This document shows positions 27,988 to 35,486 of a stretch of DNA of 64,000 bases, piece by piece (position 1 is the stretch's first letter; each line of letters starts with the position of its first letter). The stretch is from contig JASHNW010000115.1 in NCBI GenBank assembly GCA_030041435.1, forward strand, positions 38,921 to 102,920. The letters run 5' to 3'. Source of the DNA: Acidobacteriaceae bacterium. Its GTDB lineage: Bacteria > Acidobacteriota > Terriglobia > Terriglobales > Acidobacteriaceae. The translations under genes and the position numbers were made by a program. A model generated the notes under the pieces. That model was not told the origin of the DNA and did not search any database. It saw only the letters and a list, made by a program, of their open reading frames with translations.

Positions 27988-30776
27988 TAGCGGTCCGCCT
28001 TCTCCGGCAACCCCGCCGTGATCATCGGCAGCCCCGTCACCGGCCAGTGGCTCACCTCCGCGTCCACGTTCGCCGCCAGCGCGCAGTCTGCGTTCACCAC
28101 CGGATCCACGTCGACGTTCCAGCCATCCACCACCACCACCGGTTCGCCGCCCTGCAAATCGCTCAGCGCCGCATCGATGTGGATCGTTCTGCTCTCTCCC
28201 GGCGCCAGCGAAACGTAGTTATCCGAATAGAACACCGGCAGCACCCGCGGCGCCCCCAGCGCCTGATCCTCGAGCCCCGCCGCGGTCACCTCCGCGCCCG
28301 CGCTCAGCCGCCGCAGCTGCACGTGCGCCAGCAGCGCCATGTTCCGCCCCGGATTCGTCAGCGTCACGTCCAGCCCCAGCCTTCCGTTGGCATCCTGCCG
28401 CGTAATCGCCGCCGTCAGCTTTTCCGGCGGCATCCAGTCCATCCGCGTCAGGTCCTGCCCCGCCGCGGGACTCGGCTTCCAGTACAGATTCCGCGACACC
28501 ACCTTCCCCTGCGCATCCTTCAGCTGCAGATCCACAAAATAAACCGACGGCACGTACCGCGGCATCGGCACGCCCCCCAGATCGATGGCCGTATCCGCCG
28601 GCCCGCTCACCGGAATGTCCTTCTGCACCATCGCCTGCGCCGAGTCGCTCCAGTAGCTCAGGCCCCACACCGTCACGTGCGCTGTGTCTCCCTCAATCGC
28701 CACCGGCAGGTTGTTAATCACCTGCAGCTCGTCGTTCGCCTCGTCCATCTGAATGTGCACCGGCTCCGCCGCCTCTTTCACCGCAAACAGCGACGCATTC
28801 GGCTCCAGATCGTACGCGTAGAGCTGCCACACAAAGCTCGGCTGCGCCGGATTGCTCATCCACGTAATGATCCCCGTGTCCGGCCTGAACAGATACGCAT
28901 TCCGCCCCTCGTACATGGCGCGATACGCCTCGTAGTTCATCATCTGCGCCTTGCGCACAAAGTCCGCCAGGTTTGCCACCCTCCCGTATCGCGCCCGCAG
29001 CGCATACGGATACCGGTCGCCCTCCGACGCGCCCTTGGCCAGATCGTGCGCGCCCCAGTCGTCGTCGATCGTCTCCCAGTCCTTCTCCGGCATCATGGCG
29101 TGGATCGACTCGATCGTCGGCACGCTCACGCTCCCCGTCTCCGTCTTGAACGGCGCATCCTGCGCGTAGTACGCCTCCGGATCGCGCCAGTCGTACGGCC
29201 CGCCGCTCATCACCCCGCGCCCCGCCGTCGAGCTCGGCTGGTAGAGCCGCGCCGGATCCAGCTCCGGAATCATCTTCGACAGCGCATCGTGAATCGCCGG
29301 CGGCGGATATCCCTCGTTCCGCGCGCACCACAGCGCAATCGACGGATGATTCCTGTAGCGCAGAATCTTGTCCTTCACGTTTGCCAGATAAATATCCAGA
29401 TCGTCCGGATTCGGCCCGTCGCTCGGGTTCGGCTGGAAAAATTCATCCCAGATCAATATCCCGTACTGGTCGCACAGCTCGTAGAAATCCTCGCTCGTGC
29501 TCTGCCCCACCCAGTTGCGGATCATGTTCATGTTCGCCAGCGCGTGCATGTGGATCTCCGCGTCCAGCCGCGCCCGCGGAATCCGCTTCAGCGCCTCGTC
29601 CAGCCCCCAGTCGCCGCCGCGGATGAACACCTTCACACCGTTCACGCTGATGGTCAGCGCATCCATCCCGCCATAGGTAATCTTCCTGATGCCAAATTGC
29701 GTCTCCGTCGCGTCCGAATCCCGCCCATGCTCGACGAAATGTAAGTGCAGCTGATACAAATTCTGCGGCCCGTACCCGTTCGGCCACCACAGCTTCGGAT
29801 TCTCCACGTGCAGCGCTGCCGCCGTCTTCGCATCGAAGCTCACCGCCAGCGTGCTCACCGGCTTCAGCGTCACCGGCTGCCGAAACACAATCCCCGGCGT
29901 CCCCGGTTGCGACGGCAGCGGCTCGATCTCCCCCACCACCTCGCCCTTCACCTCTTTGCCCGACGTGTTCTCCAGCGTCGCCTTCACCGTCAAATCCGCT
30001 GAGTCCGTCCGCGGCAGCGGCAAATCGGTAATCACCAGCGGATCCTCCACCAGCACCGGCCCGCTCGCGCTCAGCCACACCTTCTGCCACAGCCCGGTAT
30101 CGCGGTCCCGCACCGCGTTCAGCCAGTCCCACCCAATCGTCGAGAGAAACGTCGGCCCGTCAATCGCCGTAATCCCGCCGTTCTTCCCCAGCCCGTTCGC
30201 AATGTCGTGCTCGTGCGGCACGCCCGGATGCGGCTGCGGGCTCACCTTCACCGCCACCACCGCCGTCTCCCCCGCCCGCACCAGCTTGGTAATGTCGAAC
30301 CGGCCGCGGATAAACGCGCCCTGGATCGTTCCCACCTGGGTCCCGTTCACCCACACCTCGCTCGTAAAATTGGCCCCGTCAAAGTGCAGCCACACCTGCC
30401 GGTGCCCGTACGCCCGCGGCACCGTCACCGTCGTCCGATACCACCAAGCCGTCTTGTTCAGGCTCTCCGGTATCGAGCGGTTGTTCTCGCCGTACAGCGG
30501 CTCCGGATACACCCCGTCCGCCACCAGATTGGCCTCCACTGTCCCCGGCACCGTCGCCGCATACCACCCCTCGGGCGTGAACGCCGCCGTCGACACCACC
30601 GACGGAGCCGCGCTCACCTTCGCGCTGTCCTGCAGTTGCCACCCCGACCCCATCTCCACCACTGCCGGCAACGCGCCCCTGGACGTATCGTGCGCCGACC
30701 CGACCTGCGCCCACGCCCCGCTCGCCGCCGCCAGCAAAACCGCCAGCCCCGCCCAAGTTCTCTTTCCTGTGAACAC
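27987..30776 (-). CDS. glycoside hydrolase family 2 (exo-beta-D-glucosaminidase / beta-mannosidase-like), secreted
   Basis: GH2 sugar-binding, Ig-like and TIM-barrel order (..WVNGTQVG..; ..WCARNEGYPP..; ..ITWMSNPAQPSFVWQLY..). A GTG start at 30776 gives VFTGKRTWAGLAVLLAAASGAWAQ. The track start 30971 lies inside REP repeats. Confidence 0.8.
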   Translation of the reverse strand: MFTGKRTWAGLAVLLAAASGAWAQVGSAHDTSRGALPAVVEMGSGWQLQDSAKVSAAPSVVSTAAFTPEGWYAATVPGTVEANLVADGVYPEPLYGENNRSIPESLNKTAWWYRTTVTVPRAYGHRQVWLHFDGANFTSEVWVNGTQVGTIQGAFIRGRFDITKLVRAGETAVVAVKVSPQPHPGVPHEHDIANGLGKNGGITAIDGPTFLSTIGWDWLNAVRDRDTGLWQKVWLSASGPVLVEDPLVITDLPLPRTDSADLTVKATLENTSGKEVKGEVVGEIEPLPSQPGTPGIVFRQPVTLKPVSTLAVSFDAKTAAALHVENPKLWWPNGYGPQNLYQLHLHFVEHGRDSDATETQFGIRKITYGGMDALTISVNGVKVFIRGGDWGLDEALKRIPRARLDAEIHMHALANMNMIRNWVGQSTSEDFYELCDQYGILIWDEFFQPNPSDGPNPDDLDIYLANVKDKILRYRNHPSIALWCARNEGYPPPAIHDALSKMIPELDPARLYQPSSTAGRGVMSGGPYDWRDPEAYYAQDAPFKTETGSVSVPTIESIHAMMPEKDWETIDDDWGAHDLAKGASEGDRYPYALRARYGRVANLADFVRKAQMMNYEAYRAMYEGRNAYLFRPDTGIITWMSNPAQPSFVWQLYAYDLEPNASLFAVKEAAEPVHIQMDEANDELQVINNLPVAIEGDTAHVTVWGLSYWSDSAQAMVQKDIPVSGPADTAIDLGGVPMPRYVPSVYFVDLQLKDAQGKVVSRNLYWKPSPAAGQDLTRMDWMPPEKLTAAITRQDANGRLGLDVTLTNPGRNMALLAHVQLRRLSAGAEVTAAGLEDQALGAPRVLPVFYSDNYVSLAPGESRTIHIDAALSDLQGGEPVVVVDGWNVDVDPVVNADCALAANVDAEVSHWPVTGLPMITAGLPEKADR

Positions 30777-30838
30777 TCGCCCTCTTTTCCGAAACCAAAA
30801 GATTCCCTGCCACAGCAGGGCGTAAGTCGCTTTAAAAC

Positions 30839-30992
30839 GGCACGACTTCAATCCGGTGTCCCCGACGAGCATCCTCGTTGGGGTGGTAGTCGTGCCGCAA
30901 CGTCGTACCGCGCTTTGAAAGGGCACGGTTTCAGTCGTGCCGTAACGTCGTACCGCGTTTTGAAAGGGCACGGCTTCAGCCGTGCCGTAACC
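30839..30992. repeat. REP-like hairpin cluster with 2.3 tandem copies of a 45-nt unit
   Basis: Long hairpin GGCACGACT..AGTCGTGCC (30839-30896). 45-nt units at 30889-30933 and 30934-30978 match at 42 of 45 positions, each ending in a GGCACGG(T/C)TTCAG(T/C)CGTGCC hairpin, plus a partial third unit. Confidence 0.7.
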
Positions 30993-31142
30993 GCCGCCCC
31001 AGTCACTCGGGCTTTAGCCCCTGAGGGATGGTTTTCAGCCATTCCCGACTTTGCGCAAGCTGGATATAGACCCCATCCAGTATTCACATCCAGACGCGAA
31101 ACAACAACCACGCGGCGCCGCAAACAGCACGCAGCGGGTGCC

Positions 31143-31171
31143 CCATTCAAGCCTTCCGTTGGCTTGAGTGG
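31143..31171. repeat. REP-type palindrome, family CCAYTCAAGCC-N7-GGCTTGARYGG (copy 1)
   Basis: CCATTCAAGCC-TTCCGTT-GGCTTGAGTGG. Confidence 0.6.
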
Positions 31172-31201
31172 ACCTGCTTCCGCGGTTTTCCAGATAGAGC
31201 C

Positions 31202-31404
31202 ACTGATCGCTGATCGCTGAGCTCTGAGCTCTGAGCCCTGAGCCCTGAGCTCTGAACGCTGAACGCTGAACGCTGATCGCTGATCGCTGTTCCCTGATCG
31301 CTGATCGCTGTTCCCTGAACGCTGAACGCTGATCGCTGAGCCCTGCGCTCTGCGCCCTGCGCTCTGCGCCCTGAGCCCTGCGCTCTGCGCCCTGATCGCT
31401 GGTC
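31202..31404. repeat. array of 29 tandem degenerate heptamers (N-CTG-NN-C)
   Basis: Read directly: ACTGATC GCTGATC GCTGAGC TCTGAGC ... CCTGATC GCTGGTC. CTG and the final C are invariant in all 29 units. Higher-order 21-nt (x2) and 14-nt (x2-3) sub-repeats are present. Confidence 0.95.
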
Positions 31405-31408
31405 CAGC

Positions 31409-31987
31409 CTACGGCGTCCCAGCTCCCGTCGCCGGCTTTCGGTTCTGCAGGAACTTCGCCAGCGCGTTCACCAGGTCCTGGCCCTGCTTCCTCTCCGCAT
31501 CGCCCTGGTTCTGCACCGCGCCCGTTGCGCCGCTCGCGCCCCAGAACGAGGGCTGGCTCTTGATCTGCTTCGTCCACACCGCCGCTCCCGTAGCATCGTG
31601 CAGCGTGTACTCCATCACCAGGTGCGCGCGGCCTGCGCCCCAGCCCACCAGCGTACGCGCCGCCGCGCTGCCGCCGCCGAAGTCGATCTCTTTCGCGTTG
31701 AGCGTCCACGCGCCCGCCGGCGCCGCCGGTACGGTCGCAAACGACGTCACCCCGGCGAACAGATTCGCATACTCGAGCGCATTCAGGTCCGCCTGCTGCG
31801 CCATCGCCACCGCCTGTGCGGCCTTCGTGTCGCACTCGAATTTCGCGATCCAGAGGTTATTCGTAACGGTTGCCGTTGCCTGATCGGCGCTTTTCGCGCC
31901 CCCGGCGCCTGCCGGATTCTGCGCCCCCACGGCAGCTCCACTCAACACAAGGATTCCAGACAGAAATAACTTTCCAATTCGGCCCAT
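31409..31987 (-). CDS. secreted hypothetical protein
   Basis: 192 aa with signal peptide MGRIGKLFLSGILVLSGAAVGAQ and balanced composition. No family recognised. Confidence 0.55.
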   Translation of the reverse strand: MGRIGKLFLSGILVLSGAAVGAQNPAGAGGAKSADQATATVTNNLWIAKFECDTKAAQAVAMAQQADLNALEYANLFAGVTSFATVPAAPAGAWTLNAKEIDFGGGSAAARTLVGWGAGRAHLVMEYTLHDATGAAVWTKQIKSQPSFWGASGATGAVQNQGDAERKQGQDLVNALAKFLQNRKPATGAGTP

Positions 31988-32268
31988 CGTTCTCTCGTTC
32001 CCGGCTCAGGATCGAGCCCAGCCAGTGATTTTCGGCTTCCGCTCAGAAGACGGATGAAGTTCGAGGTTAGTTCCCTGCCGCAGCGACCGAAGAACACCGG
32101 TCCGGGTTCCCCACCCTCGTCCGCGGTTGTCTCGCAGACATCAGAACGTCACAAAGTGACGGGATTCCTGATAGCGAACTAGTCCCCAGGGCACAAGCCA
32201 GCTTAGACGCCGAGGCCACGCCACCCCACGACCATGCGATCCCGGCCGGACACGATGGTAACGCGCTC

Positions 32269-32298
32269 CCACTCAAGCCAACAATAGGCTTGAACGGG
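32269..32298. repeat. REP-type palindrome, same family (copy 2)
   Basis: CCACTCAAGCC-AACAATA-GGCTTGAACGGG, immediately upstream of the low-G+C ORF. Confidence 0.55.
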
Positions 32299-32351
32299 AC
32301 ACCCGCACGTATGTCAACAGGAAGATATCCGAGCCCTCTGCTTTACGTAAG

Positions 32352-33335
32352 GTGAGAGCAAGTGAGAGTATTTCGGGTATGGGAACGCGCTCGCGCAAAG
32401 GTAAAACTCGGAAGCCTTTGGCTTGGAAAACTGAAAGATTACTCACGGTATCTGGCCTTGGACTTGGCACCTCTCTTGCTCTGGTTGGAACGCTAGATAT
32501 ATTTCCCATCTATGTCAACTTGGTGGTTTATGCAGCATCTTTAATCTCCATCCTTTTCGGGTTTTGGAAGTGGGAGTGGATTGCGCACTGGGGGAAGCTA
32601 CAAAAGACTGTGACCCTGTTTATCGTATCTCTCGCATCCGCATGGGTGCTGTCATATCCAGTTAGGGAGCAATATGAGCGGGAAATAATGACGAATCTGG
32701 AATTCAAAGAGTCCAGCGAGCTTAGTTTTTGGAGGCAACAAATTATCCGGTATGATCTTGGTGGTTTCAGAGCTTATCTCACCTCTTTAGGGATTGCTGT
32801 TCCTTCTGACCTTCCCCCGTTTTCAATTTCTGGGCAAGGAATTGTAGGGACCCACACGCCCCCCGAAATGCCGATCTATCGAGGCGATCTGACGATAGGC
32901 AAACAGCAATTGGGAGACCGAACGGCCCCGACGATGGTTTACGGGAGCTTTGTTATAGAGAAGCTCTTTGAACATTCTCAAATTGCCCGAGGCGGCCCAT
33001 CATGGTTCCATCATTTCCTATTTGGCACGCAGATCGAGATGGCCACGAATCTCTATTTCAATTGGAGTTATTGGGGCAAGCGATCGCCCGCAATACCCAA
33101 TCCAGAAACGGGAATTTTGTGGGAGGTCCGCCAACAACTTGGCCAGGAGTATACGGACAAATTGATAGCCTCATTGTTGCTTGTAACCGCGGATACTCCA
33201 GATGAAGGGATCGCGACCGTGGGAGAGAACTTTTCAGTGGAGTTCAAAAGAAAGTTGGCCATAGCAGATAGCTTGGTTGAAAGTGATAAAGCGAATTGGC
33301 CCGTTATTCAAAAACTAGCGGAGCCGCTTCAGTAA
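32352..33335 (+). CDS. orphan membrane-associated hypothetical protein in a low-G+C patch
   Basis: 327-aa ORF with 2-3 N-terminal hydrophobic helices (..LGLGTSLALVGTLDIFPIYVNLVVYAASLISILFGFW..TVTLFIVSLASAWVL..). A/T-rich codon choice differs from every neighbour. Start uncertain; no family recognised. Confidence 0.5.
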   Translation: MRASESISGMGTRSRKGKTRKPLAWKTERLLTVSGLGLGTSLALVGTLDIFPIYVNLVVYAASLISILFGFWKWEWIAHWGKLQKTVTLFIVSLASAWVLSYPVREQYEREIMTNLEFKESSELSFWRQQIIRYDLGGFRAYLTSLGIAVPSDLPPFSISGQGIVGTHTPPEMPIYRGDLTIGKQQLGDRTAPTMVYGSFVIEKLFEHSQIARGGPSWFHHFLFGTQIEMATNLYFNWSYWGKRSPAIPNPETGILWEVRQQLGQEYTDKLIASLLLVTADTPDEGIATVGENFSVEFKRKLAIADSLVESDKANWPVIQKLAEPLQ

Positions 33336-33581
33336 GTATCATCCGGCAAAGCCGAAACCTTTACGGTTGCTGGCCCCTCAAAGGGGCCTGATCGCAACCG
33401 CTAAAAGCAAAAACAACGGCAAACGATTGAACGCAACTGAAGATCGAAACTGCAAAGACAAAAAGCAACTCCAGGAAGCGTCAAACATCTGCTGCCCCCC
33501 GGCAGAGCCGGGGGGCCTCCCCGCTTCGCTAGAGCCCGCTATTAACTTTGAGCGAGCATCCTGAACAGAGTGGCCGAGCGG

Positions 33582-33612
33582 CCCATGCAAGCCCTCCTTT
33601 GGCCTGAGCGGG
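33582..33612. repeat. REP-type palindrome, same family (copy 3, degenerate)
   Basis: CCCATGCAAGCC-CTCCTTT-GGCCTGAGCGGG. Confidence 0.45.
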
Positions 33613-33764
33613 CACGCCAAGCCCATTAACCTTCGTAGCCCCGCGCCCGCACAGTTCCCCGCGCCCGCACCCCTCCCGTCTCACCAGACTCAGACTCCTG
33701 GGGGATTGTCCGCCTGGCGGAGAATCCCCCTTCGCATTTCCGGGCGCAGTGAGTCCAACCGCGG

Positions 33765-33795
33765 CCCACGCAAGCCCTCTGCGGGCTTCAGTGGG
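33765..33795. repeat. REP-type palindrome, same family (copy 4)
   Basis: CCCACGCAAGCCC-TCTGC-GGGCTTCAGTGGG. Confidence 0.5.
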
Positions 33796-33945
33796 CTCCC
33801 GCCCCCAAAAACTGTCAACCCCCACACCTCTTCACCAAAGTAACCCCTCCTCATAACACAACACTTACACGCCAATAACCCCCAAAATAGTTGGCATACT
33901 TACTCGCTGGATCTGATATTCTGAACTTATAGAGTAGAAATTGAG

Positions 33946-33976
33946 AAAAGGACCGTCGCCGCGGTCCTTTTTCTTT
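33946..33976 (+). terminator. intrinsic-terminator-like hairpin placed directly before the RBS of the next gene
   Basis: AAAGGACCG-TCGCCG-CGGTCCTTT followed by TTCTTT. GGGAG (33980-33984) and the ATG at 33991 follow at once. A possible -35/-10 pair (TTGGCA 33891, GATATT 33915) lies upstream. Confidence 0.55.
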
Positions 33977-33990
33977 GCCGGGAGCTTCCC

Positions 33991-34458
33991 ATGGTCGCTG
34001 AATGCGCCTTCTTCTATCCCGACGGCCGCAGGTGCCGCCGCCTCCCCCGCCGCGGCGAAAGGTTATGCCGCGACCATCGCCATCTCACCTCGGCCCGTCC
34101 CAAAAACGACGAAGAAACCTTCGATCGGGAAATGACCCAGGCGGCCGGCGAGATCGCCGCCATGCCCCTCGACCAAATGCTCGATCACCTTCAGCAAGGC
34201 CTCATCTCCCTCCACTGGCTCATCGAAAGCCGCGCCTCCACCGCCGAGCGCAACGCCTACACCCGCGCCACCATCGCCGTCTCGGCCGCGATCGACTGTG
34301 TCCTCGAGCATCCACGCGTTCTCGCCAGCGTTCTGCCCAGCGCCCCACCCGAACACATCGAGTACCTCCTCCATCTGCTCCGTTTCGCCGAGCCCCAGGT
34401 CCCGCCCGATCCCCGGCTGCCCGATGAATCCGCCGGTCCGGCGGAGGAAACGCCGTAA
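33991..34458 (+). CDS. hypothetical protein with Cys/His-rich N-terminus
   Basis: 155 aa with GGGAG 7 nt upstream of the ATG. N-terminus CAFFYPDGRRCRRLPRRGERLCRDHRH, then a helical-looking remainder. No family recognised. Confidence 0.55.
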   Translation: MVAECAFFYPDGRRCRRLPRRGERLCRDHRHLTSARPKNDEETFDREMTQAAGEIAAMPLDQMLDHLQQGLISLHWLIESRASTAERNAYTRATIAVSAAIDCVLEHPRVLASVLPSAPPEHIEYLLHLLRFAEPQVPPDPRLPDESAGPAEETP

Positions 34459-34548
34459 GCAATTCAAAACAAAGTGCATGCGCCAAGCACTGAAGAATCA
34501 AATGCTTACGGCGAAATCCTTCCAGTCAGATCTCATAGAATCAACTGC

Positions 34549-35352
34549 TTACACAACCCGACCCACCAGCCGCAGGATCTCGTCCGCCGCGACCCTGGTG
34601 TCGGGCCGGAACCCCCGGTAGCACCGCGCCCCCGCCACCGCGCGGCCGAAGACCCCCAGCAACTCCGGCGACTCGGCCAGCACATGCGGGGTGTTGCGCA
34701 GCAGCGTCAGCAGCCCCTCGCTCTGCGGCACCGCGGCCACGTCCCACTCGCTCTCCGACCGATAGGCGAGCGCCAGGATCCACCCCACCGCCGCCGGCGC
34801 CTTCCCCGTCGCCGCGCCGCACGCCTCGGCCGTTACCGCCACCTGCTCCGGGCTCCCGTCCCGCAGCAGCAGCGGCCGCGGATAGGCATGCAGCCGTCCT
34901 TCCCCGTCGATCAGCGCATACTCATCGGAGTAGTAAGTCGCTCCCCGCCGCAGCAGCTCCGCCACCAGCGACGACTTCCCCGCATGCGTCCCGCCCGGCA
35001 GCAGCAGCCCTCGACCCGCCCACCCCACCGCGCCCGCATGGACCGCCCGCAGCCCCGTCAGCCGCCCGATCACCGCCTCATCCACCGCCCGGACGATCTC
35101 CGGCACGAGAAAATTCGGGTCCGCCGCCGACGCGACCACCCTCTCCCCCACCAACAGCCGCACCCGGCCCCCGCTCTGCTCCGCGCGCAGCACCACATCC
35201 GGCTCGCCATTGGTGGGGCTTCTGGTGAAGGAAGGAAAGATGCTCCTGTCGAGCAGATCGCAGCACTCGCGGCAGTCGGCCGCCGCTCGAATGCTGCATC
35301 CGAAGGCCTGCACTTCAAACGTGTAGGTGTCAGACATAGGGGGAGGCGCCAT
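34549..35352 (-). CDS. HPr-kinase-related P-loop protein (HprK-related kinase, RiPP-accessory type)
   Basis: Walker A GGTHAGKSS followed by ..LLRRGATYYSDEYALIDGEGRLHAYPRPLLL.., resembling the HprK C-terminal domain-like kinases seen next to PqqD genes. An alternative start lies at MSDTY (35337). Confidence 0.7.
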   Translation of the reverse strand: MAPPPMSDTYTFEVQAFGCSIRAAADCRECCDLLDRSIFPSFTRSPTNGEPDVVLRAEQSGGRVRLLVGERVVASAADPNFLVPEIVRAVDEAVIGRLTGLRAVHAGAVGWAGRGLLLPGGTHAGKSSLVAELLRRGATYYSDEYALIDGEGRLHAYPRPLLLRDGSPEQVAVTAEACGAATGKAPAAVGWILALAYRSESEWDVAAVPQSEGLLTLLRNTPHVLAESPELLGVFGRAVAGARCYRGFRPDTRVAADEILRLVGRVV

Positions 35353-35367
35353 TCCAGCCCGGAATGG
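35349..35367 (-). promoter_or_regulatory. hairpin sequestering the kinase start codon
   Basis: Minus strand reads CCATTCC-GGGCT-GGAATGG (perfect 7-bp stem). The ATG at 35352-35350 lies in the 3' arm. Located 13 nt after the stop of the small ORF. Confidence 0.5.
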
Positions 35368-35379
35368 CAGTGTCTCAGT

Positions 35380-35463
35380 TTACACGCATCTCCAGCCGTC
35401 GCCGCAGTTGCGGTTCACACAGACACAGGCATCAGGCCTGGCACAGCCCGCGCCGATACTCAT
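35380..35463 (-). CDS. speculative 27-codon Cys-rich small ORF (candidate precursor/substrate peptide)
   Basis: Hand translation gives MSIGAGCARPDACVCVNRNCGDGWRCV then TAA. AGGAA ends 4 nt before the ATG. It sits in the 134-nt gap between the PqqD-like and kinase genes (a 23-nt spacer upstream, 27 nt downstream) and is absent from the ORF track, whose shortest listed ORF is 60 aa. Confidence 0.35.
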   Translation of the reverse strand: MSIGAGCARPDACVCVNRNCGDGWRCV

Positions 35464-35486
35464 CCAGTTCCTGACTTATGCCGCGA

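Noticed and set aside
31202-31404. Possible CRISPR array.
   Set aside because: The units are 7 nt and contiguous, with no spacers. No repeat-spacer architecture, leader or cas genes occur anywhere in the window.
31035-31835. 266-aa minus-strand ORF that reads through the heptamer array and yields a repetitive QRSA(F/I)REQRSAI.. protein.
   Set aside because: It overlaps the better-supported secreted-protein ORF 31409-31987 in another frame. Its repetitive part is simply the translated 7-nt array (period 21 nt). It has no start context and no support for coding.
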